A stretch of DNA of 64,000 bases, taken from Octopus vulgaris. Taxonomy: Eukaryota. Location of the stretch: assembly GCA_951406725.2 (NCBI GenBank), contig OX597831.1, positions 56,730,001 to 56,794,000 of the forward strand, in the 5' to 3' direction. Below are positions 11,293-25,600 of the stretch, one piece after another (position 1 is the first letter of the stretch; the number at the start of each line of letters is the position of its first letter). The translations under genes were made by a program, and so were the position numbers. The notes beneath the pieces were generated by a model, which did not search any database, was not told the origin of the DNA, and saw nothing but the letters and a program-made list of their open reading frames with translations.

Positions 11293-14200
11293 ATTATTAG
11301 TGAATTAGTAATAATATTAAAATTCAACTATCCGCACCAACGCACGGTTGCAACACCATATGGTTGTACCTCCAACCGTGCTGTCTTCTGCTGGGATTTT
11401 TGCTACCAAGGTATCGGTTAAACTTTTGATTAATCTGCAACAAGATTATTCATCTTTCTATTTCACAAAATATATATATATATATATTCTTATTAATCTA
11501 ATTTTTTCATGATTACATTTTTATGTTTTTTTGTCTTTTAGGTGACTGCTGGTAGCTCTACTACACAAGAGTATACAGTCAGACTTCCAAAGTAAGTATT
11601 TTACTTTCTTTTCTAACAGCATCTTTTTTACTTTCTCGTTTTTTTTTTTTCTTGAAAAAGCAATTAACTCAGGGTTCAGTTGTTCCCGTGTAAGAAGCTA
11701 TTTGTAGTAGCTTAATACATCAAAGGTTTGAGTTGTTAAAGCATTAGACTAATGTAGTACTAGTTTAAACCTAGACCTGCCATTTATCAGGCACTTCTAT
11801 GATTAAAGATAACTATTGCATCTGAATTTTTTTTCAGACATAGTCTATCTAGAACTATATTAATTAATATGTTCTTTCTTTTTCTAAAACTATAAACTGT
11901 GATTTGAAGGTTACTCCTACAACCTATAATCTTTGATGATTGACTGGCTGATATTAAAAAGGGCTGCATCTTTTTCATGAAAGAAACCACTTTTCACTTC
12001 ATTGTTCTATTTAGTAATTATAATCAACAGAACTACTGATGTTTAATCTAATCTGTTTCATTTCTTGACATCGTAATCTAAGAATTCATTAATTTCTTGC
12101 CATTTTTATAGTTTAATCAATACATACAATCAACAGCTATTGTTGATAATGTATCTGGAGTTGTGCATAGCAGATTCTTAGTTGATTCCTCTGTTAACTA
12201 GAGCTTTTCATCACATTTGTGTTGTCTACCTCTAAGAGATGTGTCGTTTTACAGTTTCACGTCATGAACATGCTGGAGAGTTTTTTTCCTTCCTTGTATA
12301 GGAAATGTTATCCCATTGCAGCATTTCTTTCTATAGGAGGATTTGAACTCAGCTCTGTTGGTCCTGCTTTATTCTTGTGGACTCTATTGTTGAGTGTTAA
12401 GTTTTTCAGCATGGACGCAACATTAGTAATGGGATAAGGTATGCTAAACACTTTGTCGCCATACTAACAGCGTGATAATAATAATTCAACCAGATGCTGC
12501 TCTCCTATTAACAAATGTTAATGGCACAGTGAAACAAGGTTTTTTTCTAAATGCTAATCTTTAGAAAACAAATATTTTACAGAACTTGTGTTTGTTTATT
12601 TTTTCAGGGATCGTAAAAAACGCCTTAGTATGTTCAAGTTTGCTGTTGGCTCTGATCTGGATTTTTCCAAATATGTAAGTTAAAACTTTAAAAAAAAATT
12701 TCTTTTTTACTCCTTCCAGTCACTAGACTACATCCATGCTGAGGCACCAACTTGAAGTTTTAGTCAAATTAATTGACTGCCAGTACTTATTTTTTAAAGC
12801 CTGGTACTTATTCTATTGTTCTCTTACTGAACTGCTAAGTTATGGGGATGTAAACACACCAACACCAGCTGTCAAGTGGTGGTGGGGACAAACACCAACA
12901 TAAAGACATACACACACGACAGGCTTCTTTCAGTTTCCTTCTACCAAATCCACTTACAAGGCTTTGGCCAGCTCAGGGCTATAGTAGAAGACACTTACCC
13001 AAAGTGTCATGCAGTGGGACTGAACCTGGAACCATGTGGTTGGAAAACAAGCTTCTTACTACAACCTTTTTTTTTTTTTTAGTAACTGAATAAATGCAAG
13101 TCACGCAGTGTAGGGAGGACTGTTTTGTCCTGTCACAGATGAACTTACTATTGCTTCTGTCATGACAAAATGTGAAAGAAAGAATATCCAGTCATAAAAA
13201 CCAAACCAACATGTAAAAAGATATGTAAAATGCTGATGATAGTATATTTATACATGTATATAGATACAGGGGTGGCTGTGTTGTTAAGAAACTTGCTTTC
13301 CAACTATGTGGTCTTGGGTTCAGTTCTGCTGCATGACATCTTGAAAAAGTGTTTTCTACTTATAGCCCTTGGCTAACCAAAGCCCTGTGAGTAGATTTGG
13401 TAGACAGAATCTGAGAGAAGCCTTTTGTATTTATATATGTGTCTTGATATCTGGTCTTGACATCACATGAAGCAGGCCTTGGGAAATATTACCTTGTTTG
13501 GAAACAGGTGCAGTTTGGTGACTGGAAGGTTTCACCTCCTGAACTGGGTGTTGCTTTGTGTTCTTGAACAAAACACTTCATTTCACATTGCTTGTGTCCA
13601 TTCAGCTGTAAATGAGTTCCCGCAGTTGCTGGGAAGTTAAACCTACAGTGGATTGGCATGCCATCCAGGGAACAATGTTGTTATCTCAGTCATTCACAGA
13701 GCATGGAAGCTGAATTAAGCTCTAGCTTTGTGGGTCCTAGGGCTTATGACAGGCCTACTACTAGGGTCTCAGTAAGGTTTCAGTTGAAACATCTAAAAAT
13801 TTGAACATTATGAAGAAATGAATATTAAAGATAGTTTGTTATGTTAAAATATGTAAATAAAACTTTTCCTTTCGATTTGCTAAAGTTTTACTGTTTTTTT
13901 TTTTATGGTTATTACTTGCAGACAAATGTCCGTTTAGAGCGAGAAAACAACTTACGAGAATACAAAACTGCTAATGACATTGATTTGATGCCCAAATTTG
14001 GTGCTGGCAGTGAATTTGGTCGTGAGCAAAAAGAAGAAGCTCGGCGTAAGAAGTATGGTGTTATGCTAAAGAAATACAAACCTGAGGATCAACCATGGCA
14101 CATGAAAATTGGATCAAAGCAGAACTGCAAAAGGTACTCATCATCATCATCATCATCGTTTAACGTCCGTTCTCTATGCTAGCATGGGTTACTTTAACCC

Positions 14201-17200
14201 TTTAGTAATTAAACTGGCCATATCTGGCCTAAATACCAGCCAGATCTGGCTTCTCACACCTACACTACAATGTCATTTTCAAAATAAACAATTATCATCA
14301 TTATTTAGCGTTCATTTCCCATGATGGGTTAGACCAGTGCTTTTCAAACTTTTTGCTGGAGCGGAACCCCAAGGAAATATTCCACTGGCTCGAGGAACCC
14401 CTGTGCAATAATTTAATAGTCTTATGCACACATATCTGCACAGGAGACTTAAAAATTACTGCCGATTTTAGCAGTTTTGTAACTTCTTGCGGAACCCCTG
14501 GACTGTACTGGCTGAACCCTAAGGGTCCGCGGAACCCTGGTTGAAAACCACTGGGTTAGACAATTAGACTGGGGCTGATAAGCTGGTTTCTGCAACTGGA
14601 TGCCCTTCCTAATGCCAACCACTCTAAGAGTGTAGTGGCTACCTTTTATGTGTCACCAACAATAGCCACAACTACGATTTCACTTGGCTTGACATGTCTT
14701 CTCAAGCACAGCAAATTACTAAAGGTCTCAGTCACTTGTCATTGCCACCATAAAACTCAGTATCTGAAGATCATGCTTCACACCTCATCCAATGTCTTCC
14801 TGGGTCTATCTCTTCCACAGGTTCCCTCCAAGCTATGATTAATTCAAAACAGTGTGGATAAATAACTGAATGCTAAAGGGTTAAATTTCTATTTTTACTG
14901 CATAGATTGAGTGAGCTTGCTTGATCTATTACAAATTCATTGTCATCATCATCACCATTTGATATCTGTTTTCCATGCTGGCTTCTTTTAAACTTGCAAT
15001 GGAAAATCAGACGATCACATCTGTCTTCATAATTTTGATGTTGAAAATCGAAATCGATCAACATCAATGGAAATTGTAACTGTGATACCAGTGCCGATGG
15101 CACGTAAGAGAACCATCCGAATGTGGCCATTGCCAGCGCCACCCCGACTGGCCTCCGTGCCGGTGGCACGTAAAATGCACCATCCGATTATGGCCATTGC
15201 CAGCCTCGCCTGGCCTCCGTGCCGGTGACATGTAAAAAGCACCATCCGATCGTGGCCATTTGCCAGCCTCGTCTGGCACCTGTGCAGGTGGCACGTAAAA
15301 AGCACCCACTATACTCATGGAGTGGTTGGCGTTAGGAAGGACATCCAGCCGTAGAAACACTGCCAGATCAGACTGGGCCTGGCGCAGCCTTCTGGCTTCC
15401 CAGACCCCAGTTGAACCGTCCAACCCATGCTAGCATGGAAAACAGACGTTAAACGATGATGATGATGATGATGAATTTCGATGCATCAAGCAAAGTAAAA
15501 TCGCTGTCTTCCACACATACAGGCTTGTCCTTTCAGGTGCTGGTGCCACATAATAATCACCTGAACTCCAGCTTCATCCAACCTATGCCAGCATAGAAAG
15601 CAGATATTAAATGATGATGATGTTAATTTTTAGTCATAGGTGCAGGCATGGCTGTGTGGTAAGAGGTTTGCTTCTTAACCACATGGTTCTGAGTTCAGTC
15701 TCACTGCATGGCATCTTGGGCAAGTGTCTTCTACTATAGCCAAGGGCCAACTAAAGCCTTGTGAGTGGATTTGGTAGATGGAAACCGAAAAGAGCCTGTC
15801 ATATATATATATATGTGTGGGTGTATCTTTATATCTATTTTAGTCCTCCACTACTTGCCAACCAGTGTTGGTTTGTTTATGTCCCTGTAAGCAGTTCGGC
15901 CAAAAGAGTAAATCCTACAGTCAATTCATTCAACTAAAAAAGTTTTCAAGGTAGTGCCCCAGCAAGGTCACAGTCTAATGACTGAAACAAGTAAAACATA
16001 AAAGATACATGCCTTTTGGTGCAAGTGTGGCTGTGTGGTTAAGAAGTTTGCTTCCCAACCACACAGTTCCAGGTTCAGTCCCATTGTGTGGCAATTTAGG
16101 CAAGTGCCTTCTACTATAGCTTCAGGTTGACCAAAGCCTTGTGAGTGGATTTAGCAGACAGAAACACTGAATGAAGCCCATCGTGTATATATATATATAT
16201 ATATATATACACATGGTGGGCTTCATTCAGTGAAAATCTGCCTCACTAAACTGCATCTGAATCAAACAAGCATGGAAAAGTAAATGTTAAAACACAGCTG
16301 ATACATGTAACAGTTTCCGTTTTTTGTCTTTTGTATATTTCAGCCTCTTATCATTGGTAATCAGTTGTGGTTATCAATACTTGATTTACATTTTGTTGTT
16401 GTATGACCTTCCTGTTTTTTTATATATATATCAGGGCATTTGGCTACTGTTTCTAGCAGGTGAAACAACCACATTGTAGCTCACATTATCTCATTATTTA
16501 CATATCTTAAGCTTAAATATCTTGATATTTGTTCACTATATAACTGAATTCTGTAGTATTATATAATGTCTTAACCTTTTAGCATTTAAAGTATTCATAT
16601 CGGCCCAAATATTCTACCTGCTTTATGTTCAAACAGGTCAAACTTGGCCTCTCACATCTACTCTATAATATTATTATAAAAATTCTGAAAACAACTGTCA
16701 CATTATTTACAATGGACTGATAGGTGTCCTCACCTTGTTTGTTGTTTCCACAATGTTTCAGCTGATGTATTCTCCAGCCTTCATCAGGTGTTCTGGTTGA
16801 ATTTTGAACCCAACCCTTTATTTGACTAATGGGGTATTCTGTTCGCATTCCTAAGGTATTCTTTTTTACTGATGTTATTTTTCTGTTGATATTATTTCCC
16901 AAGTCCCTGCCTGGGATTGGGCTCAGAATCTGAGGGTTAGTAGCTTATGCTCTTATCCATAGTAACTGTTACATCATTGAAATCTCAGAGCTACTAGATA
17001 ATGCATGATTAATTCAAACCAGTGTGAATAAATACGCATTAAAATTTGACAGAGTAGTCTGTAAAGAACAAGAATTGATACCAGATCGGTATTGAACCAT
17101 CATTCTTCTAATTCTTTAACCCTTAAGCATTCAGATTACTCTGAATGCTAAAGAAAGAGTATCCAGTCATAAAAACCAAACCAGAGATGCTGTAAGATCC

Positions 17201-19587
17201 ATTTAATCCAAGCCAACATGAAAAAGATATGTAAAATGCTGATGATAGTATATTTATATATGTATATAGATACAGGGGTGGCTATGTGGTTAAGAAACTT
17301 GCTTCCTAACCTTGTGGTCTTGGGTTCAGTTCTGCTGCATGACATCCTGGGAAAGTGTTTTCTACTATAGCCCTGGGCTAACCAAAGCCCTGTGAGTAGA
17401 TATGGTAGACAGAATCTGAGAGAAGCCTTTGCTAACCAACCACATGGTTCCGGGTTCAGTCCCACTGCGTGGCATCTTGGGCAAGTGTCTTCTGCTATAG
17501 CCTCGGGCCGACCAAAGCCTTGTGAGTGGATTTTGGTAGATGGAAACTGAAAGAAGCCTGTCATATATATGTATATATATATATATGTATGTGTGTGTAT
17601 ATGTTTGTCTGTGTTTGTCCCTCTAGCATTGCTTGACAACCGATGCTGGTGTGTTTACGTCCCCGTCACTTAGTGGTTCGGCAAAAGAGACCGATAGAAT
17701 AAGTACTGGGCTTACAAAGAATAAGTCCCGGGGTCGATTTGCTCAACTAAAGGCGGTGCTCCAGCATGGCCGCAGTCAAATGACTGAAACAAGTAAAAGA
17801 GTAAAGAGATATCTGGTCATGACATCACATGAAGCAGGCCTTGGGAAATATTACCTTGTTTGGAAACAGGTGTAGTTTGGTGACTGGAAGGTTTCACCTC
17901 CTGAACTGGGTGTTGCATTGTGTTTGTGAACAAAACACTTCATTTCACATTGTTTTCATTATAATGCTTGACATTATAAACACCAATTTGAGACAAAATG
18001 AGAAATTGGTCCTTCAGTATGGCTTGAGCTATGTTTCTATCATTTACTAGAAGTCATCATCATCATCATCGTTTAGCGTCCGCTTTCCATGCTAGCATGG
18101 GTTGGACGGTTCAACTGGGGTCTGGGAAGCCAGAAGGCTGCACCAGGCCCAGTCTGATCTGGCAATGTTTCTACGGCTGGATGCCCTTCCTAATGCCAAC
18201 CACTCCATGAGTGTAGGGGTGCTTTTTACGTGCCACCGGCACAGGTGCCAGACGAGGCTGGCAAACGGCCATGATCGGATGGTACTTTTTACGTGCCACC
18301 AGCACGGGGGCCAGGCGAGGCTGGCAACAGCTACGATCGGAAAGTCTTTATAATAATTAGTGAAGGTGCCTGGCTCAGTGGTTAGAGCATCGAGTTTACG
18401 CTCGTGAGGTTGTGAGTTTGATTCCTGGATTGGGCTGTGTGTTGTGTTCTTAAGCAAAGCACTTTGTTTCACGTTGCGCCAGTTAACTCATCTGTAGAAA
18501 TGAGTTGCTATGTCACTGGTGTCATGCTGTATTGGCGTTTGTCTTTCCCTTGGTGGCATGGAGAGAGGAGGCTGGTATGCATGAGTGACTGCTGGTCCTC
18601 CACAAACAACCTTGCCCAGGCTTGTGCTTAGGAGGAGAACTTTATAGGTGCAATTCGTTGATCATTTGTGACTGAAGGGTGTCTTTACTCTTTTACTCCT
18701 TTATGCAATAATTACCCTACAAACTATCTGCTGTTTCCAAATTAACAATCATCATCATCATCATCATCCAATTTCCATACTGACATGGGTTGGATGGTTT
18801 TACAGGAGCTGACAAGCCAGAGAGTTGCACCAGGCTCTGTTTTGGCATGGTTTCTACGGCTGGATGCCCTTCCTAATGCCATCCGCTTTACAGCATGTAC
18901 TGGGTGCTTTTCTTTGTGGAACCAACACCAATGCTGCAGATGTGGCACCAGCAATCTTGTGATTTTATAATCTTTTTAATATATTATATTAAATTTTATA
19001 CCTGTATTATTTGAGTTTGTTTTCCTTCTAAAAACTTAAATTTAACTTTTAAAAGAAACAACATTCGCATTAGTAAATAAATAAAGGAATATAGAAATCA
19101 TAAATTAAAATTGCTGAAATGATTATTATTTTTTTATAATGTTATTGCTATAATTTCAGATTCAAAGGTGTGAGGGAAGGAACAATCTCTGACAATACTT
19201 CTTATTTCATATTCACCCAATGTGCCGATGGTGCGTTTGAAGCTTTTCCTGTTGAACATTGGTATAACTTCAATCCTATTATCAAATACAAATATCTAAA
19301 TGCTGAAGAGGCAGAAGAAGAATTTAAAAAGTTAGTGATTTTCTTATTAAAATCCTGTTCTGAGACTTTTGATCACAGTTTTCTTTCTAAATATTATATA
19401 ATAAATAGTCTAATACACAATTGGTGCAGGCATGGCTGTGTACTAAGAAGCTTGCTTCCCAACCACATGGTTCCGACTTCATTCCCACTGTTTGGCACCT
19501 TGGGCAAGAGTCTTCTACTATAACCTTAGGCCAACCAAAGCCTTGTGAGTGGATTGGTAGACAGAAACTGAAAGAAGACCATGATAA

Positions 19588-19630
<43 letters not shown>

Positions 19631-22600
19631 TACGATTTGTGTGTGTATGTATAAATATATATATATTGGGTCATCCCATAAATAATGCAGTTTTTTTATA
19701 CTTCTTTTATTTTTCAAGATTAGGATAAACAAAGTTCTTTTTTAACCTAAAATATACTCTCCTTCATTTTCTACAATGCTCTTCCATCTATCTGGTAGAC
19801 TTGCAAAGCCCTTCTTCTAAATTTCACTTGTCCATGACGGAAAATACTCCTCCAGTACTGTTCTGATCTTGTCTACATAATTCATAATTTTTCCCTCCAA
19901 ATGATTTTGAAGGCTGCAGAGTAAATGATAGTCAAATGGGGCAATGTCCAGCGAATATGGTAGGTAGGGCATCATTTCTCATTCAGACTGCTCCAGCCTT
20001 TGGAATGTCATCTTTGCTGTATGTGGCTGAGCATTATCCTGATGGAAGAAGACCTTTCCTCGTGAAACCAAAAATCATTTTTCTTCTAGTGCTGACTTAA
20101 GCCACTCAAGCGACTCACAGTGGATCTCCTTTGTTATCATTTGGTTTGGGTTTAAAAGTTCAAAGTGAACTAACCCTTTCTTATCCCACCAAACAGATAA
20201 CAACATCTTACGTGGCTGAAGACCTTCTTTAGCCTGGGGTGCCAGTGTTTCTCCTTTCCCTATCCACTGTTTTCAGCACTTGACATTTTTATAGGGAACC
20301 CATTTCTTATCACCAGTCACTATCTGGTTGCAAAAGGGTTCATTCGTGAGACGTGACAGCAAAGAAGAGCACACTTTCACTCTCTGCATGCAATTTAGAC
20401 TCAGGAAGTTTGTGAGGAACTCATTGACCCAATTTGCTGACTTTTCCAATGGCATGTAAGTGTCAATGAAGGATCAAATTTAAGCTTCTCTGCTACTTCC
20501 TCATCAGTTACGATGGAATTTTGTTCCACCAGGGTTTGCAGGACGATGCTCATCTTCTAGGTTATAGTTTCCGGCTCTTAATTTCTGGAACCACCGTTGA
20601 CACTAGCTTATGCTTATTGTACAATCCCCATGTATTGCATTAATATTCTTCACGCTTTCTTTGTGTTGTTGAACTTTATTGAACTCATAAATATGCTCCT
20701 TTGTCACTTCCATTATAGCTTTGAAAAAATAACTGTTAATATCAAGCTGCACTCTTCAAAACTTGCACTAAGAATAAGGACAAGGTAACATTACTACCTG
20801 CTTTTATTGCAAGTTGATGCAGGTAGTTTATTCCATCCCCTCTGACTTTTAGTTCATCCAATTGAAAAAAAACCCACATTAGTTATGGGATGACTCAATA
20901 TATATATATGTGTGTGTCTTTGTGTCTGTGTTTGTCCCCATATCACTTGTTTGAGAACCGGTAGTGTTATGCTTACATCCCCTTAACTTAGTGGTTTGGC
21001 ATGAGACATCAACAGAACAAGTACCAGGCTTCTAAAAAAAAGTGCTGGCATTGATTCATTTGACTAAAAATTCTTCAAAGTGGTGCCCCAGCATGGCCAC
21101 AGTCTAAAGACTGAAACCAGTAAAAGGTAAAAGTCTCTGGTGTTTCTCTTTTTTTTTATGAAGTATTTTTAATTATCTTTCTATGTTTACTTTGTCCTGG
21201 GAAGTTTTTATGATTTTATACTTTTACACAATTTCTACATGTATTAATTTTGTGTCTTTTGATTTATTGCCATGTGCTACAAATATCAGGACTAACGGTC
21301 CCAAGTTACGTTTTTGGGAAACCCACACATGAAAAGCAACATTTGTATAAAAAAAAGACATGTCATTTTGAACTAAGAAATATTTTGACTACAGACAATT
21401 ATCTTTTATCATTTATTTGTTTCAGCCATTGGACTTTGGCCATACTGGAGCACTGCCTTGAGGAGTTGAACAGTTTGACTCCAATACTTCTTTTTAAACT
21501 TGGCACTTATTCTATCACTTGACAACTGGTGCCGGTTTGTTTCTGTCCCCATAACTTAACAGTTCAGCTTAAGACACTAATAGGCTTAAAAAAAAAATGT
21601 ACTGAGCTTGATTCATTTGACTAAAATCCTTCAATGCAGTGCCCATGCATGGCTGTAGTCCAAATGAAAGATATGATACCATATCTAAAGCTAAACTGAA
21701 CCTTTTCCTTCCAAGTTTAGAAGAAGAATCATCATCATCGTTTAACATCCGTTATCCATGCTAGCATGGGTTGGACGGTTCAGCTGGGGTCTGGGAAGCC
21801 AGAAGGCTGCGCCAGGCCCAGTCTGATCTGGCAGTGTTTCTACAGCTGGATGCCCTTCCTAATGCCAACCACTCCGTGAGTGTAGTAGGTGCTTTTTATG
21901 TGCCACCTGCACAGGTGCCAGACGAGGCTGGCAAACGGCCACGATCGGATGGTGCTTTTTACATGCCACCGGCACGGGGGCCAGATGAGGCTGGCAACGG
22001 CCACAATCGGATGGTGCTTTTTACGTGCCAAAAGATATATTTAGCTTCTAGCAAGCAGATGTGAGATAATTTAGATCTAATTTGTTCACTATATTCAATC
22101 ATCATCATCATCGTTTAACGTCCGTTCTCCATGCTAGCATGGGTTGGACGGTTCGACCGGGGATCTGGGAAGCCAGAAGGCTGCACCAGGCTCCAGTCTA
22201 ATCTGGCAATGTTTCTACAGCTGGATGCCCTTCCTTACGCCAACCACTCCGTGAGTGTAGTGGGTGCTTTTTACGTGCTACCTGCACAGGTGCCAGGCGA
22301 GGCTGGCAACGGCCACGGTCGGATTGGTGTATTTTATGTGCCACCGGCACGGAAGCCAGTCGAGGCGGTGCTGGCATCGGCCACGAGTCGGATAGTGCTT
22401 TTTACGTACCACCAGACCAGGGATCCTGTCTGGTTCAATTCGATTTCGATTTCGCTTGCCCCAACATGTCTTCACAAGCAAAGGGGGTTGGCATGGGTGC
22501 CTGTCGTACGGTCGGATTGGAGTATTTTACGTGCCACCGGCACGGAAGCCAGTGGAAGCGGCGCTGGCATCGGCCACGAGTCGGATAGTGCTTTTTACGT

Positions 22601-25600
22601 ACCACCAGACCAGGGATCCTGGCTGGTTCAATTCAGTTTCGATTTCGATTTCGCTTGCCCCAACATGTCTTCGCAAGCAGGGGTGGGGGTTGGCATGGGT
22701 GCCTGTCGTTGGATGTGGTTCTATATCGACTTCGCTTGCCTCAACAGGTCTTTGTGTCCAAGGGAGGAAAGGCATTCATAAGTGGGCTGGGCTCACTTGT
22801 CCTGCCTGGTCTTCTCACGTACAGAATATTTCCAAAGTTCTCGGTCGCTGGTCATTTCCTCAGTGAGGCCTAAAGTTCGAAGGTCGTGCTTCACCACCTC
22901 GTCCCAGGTTTTCCTGGGTCTACCTCTTCCACGGGTTCCCTCAACTGCTAGGGATTGGCACTTTCTCACACACCTATCTTCATCCATTCTCGCCACATGA
23001 CCATACCAGCGCAATCGTCTCTCTTGCACACCACAACTGATGCTTCTTAGGTACAACATTTCTCTCAAGGTGCTAACGCTCTGTCGAGTATGTACACTGA
23101 CATTACACATCCATCGGAGCATACTGGTTTCATTCCTCACGAGCTTACGCATGTCCTCAGCAGACACGGCCCATGTTTCACTGCCATGTAGCATGGCTGT
23201 TCGTACACACGCATCATACAGTCTGCCTTTTACTCTGAGCGAGAGGCCTTTAGTCACCAGCAGAGGTAAGAGCTCCCTAAACTTTGCCCAGGCTATTCTT
23301 ATTCTAGCAGTTACACTTTCAGCGCACCCACCCCCACTACTGACTTGGTCACCTAGATAACGGAAGCTATCAACTACTTCTAGTTTTTTCCCCCTGGAAA
23401 GTGACGGAAGTTGTTTTCTGCAGATTTTCGGAGGTTAATGCTCCCGAGCATCTGCCACATACAAAAACTATCTTCCCAGTTAGCCTACCTTTGACATTGC
23501 TGCACCTCTTATGTGTCCATAGCTTACACTGGGTACATCTTATAGAGTTTCTACCTACACCTTTTCTACAGATCGAGCAGGGCCATCTTCCTGAAGACAT
23601 TTGTGGATTGTCTACCTTCCTACTTATTAGTACTTTGGTTTTAGCTAGGTTGACTCTAAGGCCCCTCGATTCTAAACCCTCCTTCCACACCTGGAACTTC
23701 TCCTCCAGTTCTGATAGTGACTCAGCAATAAGAGCAAGGTCGTCAGCGTAGAGGAGCTCCCAGGGACAACCTGTCTTGAATTCCTCCGTAATTGCCTGGA
23801 GTACTATGATAAATAGGAGGGGGCTGAGTACTGAACCCTGGTGGACCCCAACCTCTACTTTGAATTCTTCTGTGTACATGTTGCCAACCCTAACCTTACT
23901 TACGGCATCTCTGTACATGGCTTGCACAGTCCTCACCAGCCATTCATCTATCCCTAGTTTCCTCATTGACCACCAGATAAGGGATCGGGGGACCCTATCA
24001 AAAGCTTTCTCCATGTCAACGAAAGCCAGGTACAGGGGCTTATCTTTGGCTAGGTATTTCTCCTGCAGCTGCCTTACCAGGAATATAGCATCAGTGGTAC
24101 TTTTCCCTGGCACGAACCCAAACTGCATCTCATCTAAACTAACTCTCTCTCTAATTAGTTGGGCTATGACCCTCTCCGTAACCTTCATTACTTGATCCAA
24201 CAGCTTGATACCTCTGTAATTATTTGTATCCAGGGCATCACCTTTACCTTTGTAGCAGTTGACTAGTATGCTGCTGCACCAGTCATTGGGTATGACTCCT
24301 TCGTGTATCACCTGGTTGACTATACGGGTGACTAGGTTATAGCCGACACTGCCAGATATTTTGAGCATCTCTGCAGTAATTCCTGATGGGCCTGGGGCTT
24401 TCCCTGCCTTCATGCTTCTAATTGCCCTAGCTACCACGGAACTATCAACTCGGATAGCTGGTCCCTCTGTTGGGTCGAAGCCTTAAATTTAAATGTTACA
24501 GGAATAATAAAATGCGGCGAGCTGGCAGAAACGTTAGCATGCTGGGCGAAATGCTTAGTTGTATTTTGTCTGCCGCTACGTTCTGAGTTCAAATTCCGCT
24601 GAGGTTGACTTTGCCTTTTATCCTTTTGGGGTTGATAAATTAAGTACCAGTTATGCACTGGGGTCGATGTAATTGACTTAATCCGTTTGTCCCCTCTATG
24701 TTTAGCCCCTTGTGGGCAATAAAGAAATAAGAAGAATAAAATGTTTTCTTGACACATACTCTCTCCTCCCTGCACTGTAAGACAGTTGTATGATAGATGT
24801 ATAGTAAAACTGTATCTTATGTATATTCAAGGAATGGTCTTGTGTGTGTGTGTGATAGAGGGAGTGAGAAAAAATAATTTTGATCTTTGAAACAATGTTT
24901 TCTTTTTCTATGTATTGTTAGACGTGACAAAACCTTGAATTTGTTCTCTGTGATGATGCGTAAGAAAATTCGTCCTGAAGATACTGATCTTGATGCTGAA
25001 GAAGGAGAAGAGAAGAAAACAAAGACAAAGAAACAGAAAGATTTTGTAAGTTATTTTAAATTGAATTCTCTTTTAAGTGACAACTTATTCATATTTCATC
25101 TGCAAATGTGTTTGTATTTTATCAGAATACTTCAAACGTTTTAAAACTTTCTTTTGTCATCATCATCACCACTACCATCATCGGTAGTGTTTTAACATCC
25201 ATTTTCCATGCTTGCATGGGTTAAACGGAATTCAATGAAGCAGTTTTTACTATATTCGGATGCCTTTCCTGTCACTAATCCTCAAATATTTTGAAGTTGT
25301 ATACTGCTTTGTTTTTCTACACCCACTATTTTTACATAACTGGATCACAGTCAGAATTTCCAGTCATCAGTTTTCAGTTGTTTGATCAACTGAATTAGCT
25401 TGTAGGTGCCTGAGTATTCCTCAGACATGTGTACCTTCAACACAATCCTCTGGCAGAAACAGTGTGACAGCATGTACCAGGGTTAGATCTTTGAATTGCA
25501 AGTATAATATATCTCTGACCTAAGTCTACCCAATTACATTGAGAAGATGTGAGTGAACTTGAGGCTATAGTAAAAAAACATTTACCCAAGTTACCATGCA

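Noticed and set aside
10735-11421. YI/VY-rich ORFs
   Set aside because: Translations of (TA)n/(TATG)n microsatellites.
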